Below, one piece after another: positions 27,213 to 35,703 of a DNA stretch of 64,000 nucleotides. The notes below the pieces were generated by a model, which saw nothing but the letters and a program-made list of their open reading frames with translations, was not told where the DNA came from and ran no database searches. The position numbers were made by a program, and so were the translations under genes. The DNA is from Bacteroides sp. GTDB taxonomy: Bacteria > Bacteroidota > Bacteroidia > Bacteroidales > Bacteroidaceae. Location: the NCBI GenBank assembly GCA_022648295.1, contig JALCME010000018.1:36626-100625 (forward strand). The letters are read 5' to 3'. Positions within the stretch are counted from its first letter, which is position 1; each line of letters starts with the position of its first letter.

Positions 27213-28889
27213 ATGAAAAAGATGAGAGAAACTAGTAGATTTTTTATTCTGTTCCTTCTACTGATGTCGTTTTTCTTTTCGTGCAACCACCACGACACAA
27301 AGGAAGACCACCTGATGAGCGATGCGGAAAAAATTGTAGAAGCCTATCCCGATAGTGCGGCAGGATTACTTGATTCTATTAAACCTAAACAACTAAATAA
27401 GAAACGTTACCATCGCTACATGCTACTCCTATTGCAGGCAAAAGACAAAAGCTATCAAGACATCACTACCGACACCGCCATCTTCGATACCAAAAGCTAT
27501 TATGTTCACAAACAGGACCTACCTAATGCCGCTATGGCCGCCTACTATTGCGGGCGTCTTAGATATGAGCAAAAAAATTACAAAAAAGCAATGTCACAAT
27601 ATCTGGAAGCCGAAAAATATGCGACTTCCATTGCTAACGTCAACCTGAAAGCATTGATTCAAAGTGCCATGGGAGCCGCATTATCAGATCAGATGTTGTC
27701 TGTTCAAGCATTACCACGGTTCCAGCAAGCCGCCATGTATTTTCGACAGGCAGGAAATGAAAAGAACGAAATGATTTCCTACCAGTTAATTGGGCATAGC
27801 CTTCTCGTCAAGGAACAAACGGATAGTGCTCTATTTTACTTCAATAAAGCTCTGCAAATAGCACAAAAGTGTAAATACATTGCTAACATTGCAGGAATTG
27901 AGCAAAACATAGGCATACTCTATAAAGAAGTAAAAGGTGACAATGATATGGCGAAAAAACACTTTTTTAATGCTATGCAATATATGGAAGGTAACGACTA
28001 TTCCAGAATATGCCTAAAACTAGCAGGCATATATAGTAACCAAAATCAAAAAGATTCTGCAGAGTGGTATATGCAACAATCATATACACACATACAGGAC
28101 AAAGATGATTCATACCTGATGGCCGACATTTACATGGTAAGTGCTTCTATAAAAGAGAAGGAACAAAACTATAAAGCAGCTCTACAAAATTACAAAATAT
28201 ATAGCGACTATGTCGATTCAATTTATGGACAAACTAAAGATGCAGCGTTGCTTAATATGGAAAAAAAATATAAGTTTGAGCAATTAACCAATAAGAACAT
28301 GACATTAGCTCTGGAGAAACAAAAAATAAAATTCTACTCTTCTATTGGAATCATTTTATCCCTGATCGGATTGCTCTTCTATTATAGGAAATACTCGCTA
28401 AGCAAAAAACGTGAATTAGAAGCCGAGCAAAAAATATATCATCTTATGGATATGGCGAAAAGTTTCGATGAAAAGGAAGTCTCTTTTCGAAATGTATTAC
28501 TTCATCAGTTTGACATTATAAAAAAGACGGCAACTTTGAAAAATTATATTCATAAAGAAGATGAAAGCTCCGGAAGACTACTGAAAAAGTTTAATGAAAT
28601 CATTTATGGTGAAGAAGGACTAAACTGGGACATTCTATACAAAAGCATCAACGAATTACATAACGGCTTCTTTGACCGTTTACGAGAAAAATGTCCCAAT
28701 TTGAATGAAGATGAGTTCCGCATTTGTTGTTTAACCTATACCAACTTTAGCAGTGATGAAATCTCTATTATCATGGGGCTGAGTGTCAACACCATTCAAA
28801 TGAAAAGATCAACTATTCGAAAAAGACTAAATATCCCACCAATGGGAAATATCCAACGCTTTTTAAATGAAAATTTATCTCATACTTAA
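27213..28889 (+). CDS. Membrane-anchored one-component regulator: lipoprotein signal, TPR sensor region, single TM helix, C-terminal LuxR/GerE HTH
   Basis: N-terminal signal FFILFLLLMSFFFSC. TPR-like helical repeats (..AAYYCGRLRYEQKNYKKAMSQYLEAEKY.., ..ALFYFNKALQIAQK..). TM helix SSIGIILSLIGLLFYY near residue 380. The C-terminal EDEFRICCLTYTNFSSDEISIIMGLSVNTIQMKRSTIRKRL is a LuxR-type HTH. Confidence 0.8.
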   Translation: MKKMRETSRFFILFLLLMSFFFSCNHHDTKEDHLMSDAEKIVEAYPDSAAGLLDSIKPKQLNKKRYHRYMLLLLQAKDKSYQDITTDTAIFDTKSYYVHKQDLPNAAMAAYYCGRLRYEQKNYKKAMSQYLEAEKYATSIANVNLKALIQSAMGAALSDQMLSVQALPRFQQAAMYFRQAGNEKNEMISYQLIGHSLLVKEQTDSALFYFNKALQIAQKCKYIANIAGIEQNIGILYKEVKGDNDMAKKHFFNAMQYMEGNDYSRICLKLAGIYSNQNQKDSAEWYMQQSYTHIQDKDDSYLMADIYMVSASIKEKEQNYKAALQNYKIYSDYVDSIYGQTKDAALLNMEKKYKFEQLTNKNMTLALEKQKIKFYSSIGIILSLIGLLFYYRKYSLSKKRELEAEQKIYHLMDMAKSFDEKEVSFRNVLLHQFDIIKKTATLKNYIHKEDESSGRLLKKFNEIIYGEEGLNWDILYKSINELHNGFFDRLREKCPNLNEDEFRICCLTYTNFSSDEISIIMGLSVNTIQMKRSTIRKRLNIPPMGNIQRFLNENLSHT

Positions 28890-28948
28890 TCCAAAAGGTC
28901 ACTCTATTCCAACAAAAAGCTATATCACACCTATATTGTACAGTAAAG

Positions 28949-28971
28949 ATCCTATTGATAATCAATAGGAT
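28949..28971. promoter_or_regulatory. Perfect 23-bp palindrome ATCCTATTGAT-A-ATCAATAGGAT, candidate operator
   Basis: The arms are 11 bp on each side of a 1-bp centre. It is flanked by identical 15-bp direct repeats caaaaagctatatca at 28913-28927 and 28990-29004. It lies between the LuxR-type gene and the next promoter. Confidence 0.4.
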
Positions 28972-29040
28972 ACATCATAACATATTCTGCAAAAAGCTAT
29001 ATCATAGCAATATACTATTCTTTCCTTAAATTAAAACCTA

Positions 29041-29048
29041 TAATTTTG
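29041..29048 (+). promoter_or_regulatory. -7 promoter box TAATTTTG
   Basis: Matches TAnnTTTG, ~175 nt upstream of ATG 29225. Confidence 0.4.
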
Positions 29049-29224
29049 CCAGATAACAGTTAAATATATTTTATGGTAAGATTTATTTTATATTGCATTT
29101 TATCACTTTATCACTGTTCCTCTATCCTGCCTCTGCCAAAGAACGTAATATCTTATCGAGTAATGGCAAAAAAGAGACGGATGGCAAATTCATACACTAT
29201 AATCGGATTATAACTTAGATAACA

Positions 29225-29653
29225 ATGAAACTAAAAAAATTATTCAACATCTCTTTATTATGTTTTTGTTTTTTGAATATTATTAGCTGTTCAGACGACA
29301 ACGATGATGACAATAATGTCTATTTAAAAACCGAAGACTTATATCAAACAGTTTGGAGAGGAACATTCAATGATCCTAACCTACATCCATCACCAGCAGA
29401 CATTGGGTTGGAATTTACTACAAAAACGGAAGGCAAAGGTAATTATCGTTATCCAGAAGGAGATGGAGGTGCGGGGCCAATAGTATTTACTTATGGAATA
29501 GAAGGTAAAATCATACACCTACATGCAAGCATTATAATACCAGGCGATTATACTGTCATAAAATATAATAAAAGAGATTTAATTATGCAGAAAAATCTTT
29601 CGAGTGCAGATGGAAAGTCCGTTGCGACTCTAACTTTAACCAGAGTGAACTGA
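29225..29653 (+). CDS. Small lipoprotein, lipocalin-like
   Basis: Signal MKLKKLFNISLLCFCFLNIISC followed by an acidic linker DDNDDDNN. The W.G.F / ..L.L.R.. pattern (TVWRGTFND...ATLTLTRVN) resembles lipocalin-like domains of Bacteroidales lipoproteins. Confidence 0.6.
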   Translation: MKLKKLFNISLLCFCFLNIISCSDDNDDDNNVYLKTEDLYQTVWRGTFNDPNLHPSPADIGLEFTTKTEGKGNYRYPEGDGGAGPIVFTYGIEGKIIHLHASIIIPGDYTVIKYNKRDLIMQKNLSSADGKSVATLTLTRVN

Positions 29654-29673
29654 TTTTTAAGATTAATAAATTG

Positions 29674-29710
29674 AATAAGAAGGGGGCGATATGCTCTCTT
29701 CTTATTTTAT
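29674..29710 (+). terminator. Hairpin plus T-rich tail between the two small lipoprotein genes
   Basis: An 11-bp stem (aataagaaggg / ctcttcttatt, with one G-U pair) and an 11-nt loop, followed by ttat. It is AT-rich, so probably only moderately strong. Confidence 0.45.
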
Positions 29711-29750
29711 ATTTAATAAATGTAGCAGATAAAAGAATTAAAACAGAAAT

Positions 29751-30512
29751 ATGAAACTAAAAAAAATATTAGGCATCTCTTTAGTATGCTTTTGCTTTTT
29801 GAATATCATTAGTTGTTCACAGGAAAACAAAACGACCGAAGCAGTAGTAATACATGACCAGATAACCGGCGATATTGTAAAAAGCCCCCTAACTCTTAGC
29901 TATCCACATGCGGCAGGGTACAACTTTTACATAACAGGAGGTAGCGGTCCCTACAACATAAACAATGAAAACCCGGAAGTTGCCCGGATAGAACTTTATA
30001 ATGAAAATTATATCAAAGTTATACCCACCCAAACAGGGAATGTTAAACTCTATGTTACAGATGAGCTAAAGAACTCAGTTATATGTGACATGCACTTTGC
30101 ATACTCAGAGCTAAAATATACAGTATGCTATCTTTATTATGAAATCACGGGAGACATTACTGATAAACAGAAACAAGAGATTATCTCAAAAGTAGTTTCT
30201 AACCTTCCACAAGAAGGAGGAGGATATAAATTTGTATATCTGGATGAAGAACGAACATCAGGTAACGCCTTTATCTATAAAACTGAATTCAATAAAGTGC
30301 CGATAGAGGGTATTTTAAAAAATGAAGATCCTGATAGTTTTGTCATTACAGCAGACAATGAAACGAGAACTTTTCATCTCGGCACTTGGGACCCTACAAG
30401 AATGATCAATAATCAACCGGAAGCATTTATGGAAGATGTCACTTCCGATTTCAAGCCGGATTATCCCAAACTGGAAGTGGTACGCACCTATCAATATTTA
30501 AAAGAACAATAA
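29751..30512 (+). CDS. Lipoprotein with Ig-like N-domain, unknown function
   Basis: The signal MKLKKILGISLVCFCFLNIISC is nearly identical to that of the preceding gene. YNFYITGGSGPYNINNENPEVARIEL..IKVIPTQTGNVKLYVTD looks Ig-fold (Big-like). Confidence 0.6.
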   Translation: MKLKKILGISLVCFCFLNIISCSQENKTTEAVVIHDQITGDIVKSPLTLSYPHAAGYNFYITGGSGPYNINNENPEVARIELYNENYIKVIPTQTGNVKLYVTDELKNSVICDMHFAYSELKYTVCYLYYEITGDITDKQKQEIISKVVSNLPQEGGGYKFVYLDEERTSGNAFIYKTEFNKVPIEGILKNEDPDSFVITADNETRTFHLGTWDPTRMINNQPEAFMEDVTSDFKPDYPKLEVVRTYQYLKEQ

Positions 30513-30550
30513 AGAAGATCTGATTTTGGAACTATAGAATACAAACGAAA

Positions 30551-30660
30551 TCGATATTTACAGTAATCATGCAGTAAATTTCGATTAAGCAAATAGCAAA
30601 ATAGGAGGATATCTTCACCTTATTCGAAATTTACTGTATATTTGCAATAAATTTCGAATA
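30551..30660 (+). promoter_or_regulatory. Two 37-bp palindromic units (73 bp apart) upstream of ATPase gene 3; the second embraces the -7 box
   Basis: Unit A is 30551-30587 and unit B is 30624-30660, with 29/37 identical. Unit B reads TCGAAATTTA-ctgTATATTTGcaa-TAAATTTCGA, a perfect 10-bp inverted repeat around the -7 box TATATTTG (30637-30644). Confidence 0.7.
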
Positions 30661-30662
30661 AT

Positions 30663-31922
30663 ATGGCAGATTACATTAGCAGAGATATCTACTTACAAAA
30701 ACTCATTCATCGGAGAGGGAACAATCAGATAAAGATAATCACAGGGCCACGTCGGTGCGGCAAGTCATGGCTGTTAAAAAAGATATATCGTAGCTATCTG
30801 ATAAAAGATGGAATCTCCCCAGAAAATATCATCATGGTATCATTCGACATTGATGATGAGATAATGGAAGAAAATCTCACTAATTCCCAAGCACTGAAAT
30901 CATTTCTTTATAAACAAATTACAGATAAGGAACAGACATATTATGTCTTTCTTGATGAGATACAGGAAGTAGATGGTTTTGAACGCATTGTCAATGGACT
31001 TAATGCCCATGAAAACGTTGATGTGTATATAACTGGCAATAATTCAAAGCTACTTTCAAAGGACATTAATACCATCTTCAGAGGACGAGGTGACGAAGTA
31101 AGAATCTATCCACTTACTTTCAAGGAGTTCTGCACTAACCGACAAGAGCCAACAAGTGAACTATGGAAAGAATATTATACTTACGGCGGAATGCCTGCTT
31201 TATTACAACAACACACTTCTGAACAAAAGATAAATTATCTCAACCACCTTTGGAATAAAACATATCTTGATGACGTCATCGAAAGGAACCACATTAAGAA
31301 CCGTCAGGCGTTGGAAAGTGTGGTTGATACCTTATGTTCGGCAATTGGGTCACTCACCAATCCCAGCCGGATTTCAAACACGTTGAAAAGCATACAGCAT
31401 ACAAAAATAGATGATGAAACGGTCAGCGATTATCTCGCTTATCTGGAAGATGCCTTTTTGTTTGAAGGAGCAAAAAGATACAATATCAAAGGCCATAAAT
31501 ACTACGAGTCAATCAAAAAATACTATTCAGTCGACATTGGTCTTAGAAACGCCAAACTGAACTTCCGACAACAAGAAATTACACATATCATGGAAAATGT
31601 CATCTATAACGAATTGCGTGTTCGTGGATACTTGGTAGATGTTGGAGTAGTTGAATTACGAAGAATGGTAGATAATAAATCAAAGTATGTCCAATTGGAA
31701 GTGGACTTTATCGCCACCAATGGCATGGAAAAATATTATATCCAATCAGCTTATGCCATGCATGACGACCAAAAACGCGAACAGGAAACTCTCTCATTAA
31801 AGAAGATAGACGACTCATTCCGCAAGATCGTCATTGTTGGAGATGACATTGCCAGCTATATAGATGAAAGTGGCATAACTTATATGGGACTATTTCAGTT
31901 TCTCAAAGGAGATAAAATTTGA
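30663..31922 (+). CDS. COG1373-type AAA ATPase with C-terminal DUF4143 / PD-(D/E)xK-like domain (paralogue 3)
   Basis: Walker A TGPRRCGKSW, Walker B YVFLDEIQ and ITGNNSKLLS. The C-terminal motif is LEVDFIATNGMEKYYIQSAY. It is clearly paralogous to the gene at 22692. Confidence 0.85.
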   Translation: MADYISRDIYLQKLIHRRGNNQIKIITGPRRCGKSWLLKKIYRSYLIKDGISPENIIMVSFDIDDEIMEENLTNSQALKSFLYKQITDKEQTYYVFLDEIQEVDGFERIVNGLNAHENVDVYITGNNSKLLSKDINTIFRGRGDEVRIYPLTFKEFCTNRQEPTSELWKEYYTYGGMPALLQQHTSEQKINYLNHLWNKTYLDDVIERNHIKNRQALESVVDTLCSAIGSLTNPSRISNTLKSIQHTKIDDETVSDYLAYLEDAFLFEGAKRYNIKGHKYYESIKKYYSVDIGLRNAKLNFRQQEITHIMENVIYNELRVRGYLVDVGVVELRRMVDNKSKYVQLEVDFIATNGMEKYYIQSAYAMHDDQKREQETLSLKKIDDSFRKIVIVGDDIASYIDESGITYMGLFQFLKGDKI

Positions 31923-32050
31923 ATGCATCTTATTCCTAAGGAAACTCTCAACTATCCAGTTCAAATGAAATGTACCCCTAATAAATGAAGTGCATTTCCG
32001 AAATGAATAATATTTCTTCCATTAGCATACAAAACTAAAATAAAAATATA

Positions 32051-32058
32051 TATATTTG
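32051..32058 (+). promoter_or_regulatory. -7 promoter box TATATTTG, best candidate promoter for putA
   Basis: Matches TAnnTTTG. I saw no other match between it and ATG 32257, which implies a ~190-nt leader. Confidence 0.4.
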
Positions 32059-32256
32059 TGCCTATACAAATACTTCGTTATTAGCAAATTATTTTATGGG
32101 CAGAAAACTTGTTTTTGATCGGTTTTCACAGCAGGCTCTTCAGACCCTGCATCGGTATCGTGCCGTAATGTTCAGCCCTACCGTTTATTCATGTTTGTAA
32201 CAGGGAATGATTTTATAATTTAGTTCTTTTCACTTTTTAAACATGAATAATTTATT

Positions 32257-35200
32257 ATGGATAATCTACCTACCTTGGAAGAAGTAAGGGAGTGGGTGCT
32301 GAAATTGTACACCACATCTGAAGATGTTATTACTGACGAAGAACGCAGAGAGCAGCATAAATACGCGGTCATGGTGCAACGCCCGCAAGATAAAAAGTTT
32401 CTGGTAAAGATGCTCGATGAGTCTTCGCAGATACGCGACCGCAAGAAATTGGCCATGCGCATCAAGACTTTAATAGACTGTTACGGAGTGCCTAAGTTCT
32501 TAAATAAACGTGACGCATTTCTTTTCAACCTATACCGTTCCTTTGGACATTATTTCGATTTTATCGCCATCCCCGTTATCAAGAAAAGACTGAGGATGGA
32601 TACCTCTAAAGTCATTCTCAATGAGGAACGTCCCAAGTTGACCAAACATCTGGAGACCCGTTCCAAACAGAAAATAGGACAAAATGTAAATCTGCTGGGT
32701 GAAGTGGTGCTGGGCAACGGAGAGGCAGATCACCGTTATCACCATTATCTTGAGGCATTGGAAGCCCCCGACATTAACTATATTTCCGTGAAGATATCGG
32801 GTATCTATGCCCAGACGCATGCACTGAACTACGAAGAAAGCTTTCCCGAGCTGGTAAACCGGATGTCCGCCCTCTACCAAAAGGCTATGGATTTTCCTTA
32901 TGTAGATGAAAAAGGGGGGAAACAGGCCAAGTTTGTCAATCTGGATATGGAAGAGTATAAAGATGCGCACTTCACCATGCGTTTGTTTAAGGCCGTACTC
33001 AGTAAGCCGGAATTTAAAAATTATTCGGCGGGAATTGTGGTACAGGCTTACTTACCGGATGCCTACGGATTTCAAAGCGAACTGCTGGATTTCGCCAAAG
33101 CGCGTGTGGCTAACGGAGGTGCTCCCATCAAGATGCGCATTGTAAAAGGATGCAACCTAGAAATGGAAACGGTTGGCTCTTCTCTGCGTGGTTGGCCCAA
33201 TCCGGTCCGTCCCACCAAAACGGAGGTGGATGCCAACTACCTGCACTTGCTGGAACGGGCACTGCAACCCGAAAATGCCAAAGCGCTTCACATCGGAGTC
33301 GCTTCACACAATTTATTCACCATTGCCTATGCTTACCTACTCAGCCGGAAGCTGGGAAGTTCGGAGTACATGACTTTCGAAATGCTTGAAGGTATGGCGG
33401 ATCATGTATGGCGGGCACAGTCACAGTTGGGCAATCACGTCATTCTCTATGCCCCGGTGGTTAAAGACGAGCATTTCCTGAATGCCGTATCCTATCTGGT
33501 ACGACGGATGGACGAAAACACGGCCCCGGATAATTTCCTGACCCACTCCTTCAACCTGAAACCGGATACCGACACCTGGAACTTCCTGCAAAATCAGTTT
33601 GAAGAGGCTTATCGCATGAAAGATCACATCACCCACGTGCCGACACGCACACAAAACCGGCTTAAACCTTATGTTCCGGTACTTCCTTCGGATGTGATGA
33701 AAAACGAACCGGATACGGACTTTGATTTACCGGTCAATCAGGAATGGGTACGTACTATTTTTTCCAAGTGGAAGAAGACCACAAAAGATACTCCTGAAAT
33801 TATTCCGCTGCAGATTGGTGCGGAGACAGTGATTTGTGAGAAACGTCATAAATATATGGACCGTTGCCAAGACGACGAAGTGTGCGTATGCGAAATGTCG
33901 CAAGCCAATACGGAACAAATGAAGAAGATCATTGAGATTGCCGAAGCAGACCCGGCCGGATGGAGAAAAACAACGTTGGAAGAACGGCATAAAATAATGT
34001 ATGAGGCGGCCAATCGGTTGGGCGATATGCGTGGTGACCTGATCGGTTGCATGTGTGCCGTAACCGGCAAAACAGTGGTGGAAGGAGATGTGGAAGTTTC
34101 CGAAGGAATTGACTATGCCCGCTTCTACACCACTTCCATGAAAGCGTTTGCCTCCTTGCCCGATGTGGATATTACTCCCAAGGGAACAGTACTAGTCATT
34201 TCACCCTGGAACTTCCCTTGTGCCATTCCCATTGGAGGAATTGTAGCGGGATTGTCAGGTGGAAATACGGTGATATTGAAGCCTGCTACGGTAGCGGCTC
34301 CTGTGGCACAATTGTTCGCAAAAGCATTTTGGGAAGCCGGCGTACCGAAAGAGGCCCTGCAAGTTGTAATCACCGACCGGGAAGCCTTGTCCGTGCTGAC
34401 CACGGCGCCCGCCATCAAACATATCATATTAACGGGAGGTACCGACACAGCTCAGAACATTGCACGAAGCAATCCAGCCACCCCGCTTTCCGCCGAAACA
34501 GGAGGAAAGAACGCAATGATCCTGACAGCCTCAGGCGACCGCGATCATGCCATTATGAACGCAGTAGCTTCTGCATTCGGCAATGCCGGACAGAAATGTT
34601 CCGCTTGCTCCCTGCTATTAGTGGAACGTTCGGTTTACGAAGACGAGAAATTCCAAAGCAAGCTGAAAGATGCAGCTACAAGCATGAAAGTAGGTAGTGT
34701 GTGGAACTCCGGCAATGTAGTAGGTCCCATGATAACCAACAGGAACGAAAAGTTACTCCACGCGTTGGAGCTTGAATCAGGTGAATCGTGGCTGGTGGAG
34801 CCCCGCTTCCTTGACAAAAATAAATATGTACTTGCACCTACTGTGAAATGGGGAGTGAAGCCCGGTAGCTATTCGTTCCGTACGGAACTGTTCGGCCCCA
34901 TGCTCAGCGTAGTGTGTATTGAAAATCTGCAAGAAGGCATTCAATTGGTAAACAGCCTCGACTATGGCTTGACTTCCGGCCTGCAAAGTCTCGACGAAGG
35001 AGAACAGAAGCTTTGGAAGAATACCATTATGGCAGGAAATCTCTATATCAACCGCGGCATAACGGGCGCAATAGTCAACCGTCAGCCGTTTGGAGGCATG
35101 AAGTTATCAGCATTCGGAGGCGGGGTCAAAGCCGGAGGTCCCAACTATTGCTCATGCTTTGTCCGGATAGTAGACAAAACAGACAGTGTCACCGACTACA

Positions 35201-35694
35201 AACAGAGTTACATAAAAGCGTATGAGGAAGAATTCTACCACGCCCGCGATATCAATAACCTGTATGGCGAGCAAAATGTATTCCGTTATCTTCCGCTGAA
35301 AAGCATGGTGCTCCGCTTGTTCCCGGATGACAGCAATGCGGCGGCGCAACAGATTGCCTTTGCAGCCAAGACCTGCCATACTCCGCTCACCATCAGCTAC
35401 GATCCGGCCGAAGAAGATCGCGCATCAGCCCTATCTTCAACCGGATGTTCATTAAAGGCGGAAAACTTGCAGGAATTTCTAAAAACCATGAAAGATTATG
35501 AACGCGTCCGTACGTGCAGTGCCAATATTCCGATGGAAATGTTTGTAGAAGCTGCACAAGCAGATAAATATATCGCCACCGCTCCTCCTGTAAAAGACGG
35601 GCGCGTGGAGCTCATCCATTACATTAAGGAACAAAGCATCTCGTTTGAATACCATCGCTATGGCAGCATATCGGAGATGCCTCCCATAGAATAA
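32257..35694 (+). CDS. putA: Bifunctional proline dehydrogenase / L-glutamate gamma-semialdehyde (P5C) dehydrogenase
   Basis: 1145 aa. N-terminal PRODH barrel (..GIVVQAYLPDA.., ..MRIVKGCNLE..). The ALDH half has ETGGKNAMI and the catalytic GQKCSACS. Confidence 0.9.
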   Translation: MDNLPTLEEVREWVLKLYTTSEDVITDEERREQHKYAVMVQRPQDKKFLVKMLDESSQIRDRKKLAMRIKTLIDCYGVPKFLNKRDAFLFNLYRSFGHYFDFIAIPVIKKRLRMDTSKVILNEERPKLTKHLETRSKQKIGQNVNLLGEVVLGNGEADHRYHHYLEALEAPDINYISVKISGIYAQTHALNYEESFPELVNRMSALYQKAMDFPYVDEKGGKQAKFVNLDMEEYKDAHFTMRLFKAVLSKPEFKNYSAGIVVQAYLPDAYGFQSELLDFAKARVANGGAPIKMRIVKGCNLEMETVGSSLRGWPNPVRPTKTEVDANYLHLLERALQPENAKALHIGVASHNLFTIAYAYLLSRKLGSSEYMTFEMLEGMADHVWRAQSQLGNHVILYAPVVKDEHFLNAVSYLVRRMDENTAPDNFLTHSFNLKPDTDTWNFLQNQFEEAYRMKDHITHVPTRTQNRLKPYVPVLPSDVMKNEPDTDFDLPVNQEWVRTIFSKWKKTTKDTPEIIPLQIGAETVICEKRHKYMDRCQDDEVCVCEMSQANTEQMKKIIEIAEADPAGWRKTTLEERHKIMYEAANRLGDMRGDLIGCMCAVTGKTVVEGDVEVSEGIDYARFYTTSMKAFASLPDVDITPKGTVLVISPWNFPCAIPIGGIVAGLSGGNTVILKPATVAAPVAQLFAKAFWEAGVPKEALQVVITDREALSVLTTAPAIKHIILTGGTDTAQNIARSNPATPLSAETGGKNAMILTASGDRDHAIMNAVASAFGNAGQKCSACSLLLVERSVYEDEKFQSKLKDAATSMKVGSVWNSGNVVGPMITNRNEKLLHALELESGESWLVEPRFLDKNKYVLAPTVKWGVKPGSYSFRTELFGPMLSVVCIENLQEGIQLVNSLDYGLTSGLQSLDEGEQKLWKNTIMAGNLYINRGITGAIVNRQPFGGMKLSAFGGGVKAGGPNYCSCFVRIVDKTDSVTDYKQSYIKAYEEEFYHARDINNLYGEQNVFRYLPLKSMVLRLFPDDSNAAAQQIAFAAKTCHTPLTISYDPAEEDRASALSSTGCSLKAENLQEFLKTMKDYERVRTCSANIPMEMFVEAAQADKYIATAPPVKDGRVELIHYIKEQSISFEYHRYGSISEMPPIE

Positions 35695-35703
35695 AACAAG
35701 ATA

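Noticed and set aside
29073-29213. 46-codon ORF (MVRFILYCILSLYHCSSILPLPKNVISYRVMAKKRRMANSYTIIGL) in the leader of the small lipoprotein gene
   Set aside because: The hydrophobic start could be a signal-peptide remnant, but there is no supporting homology or clear function. I mention it only as part of the long leader and do not call it a gene.
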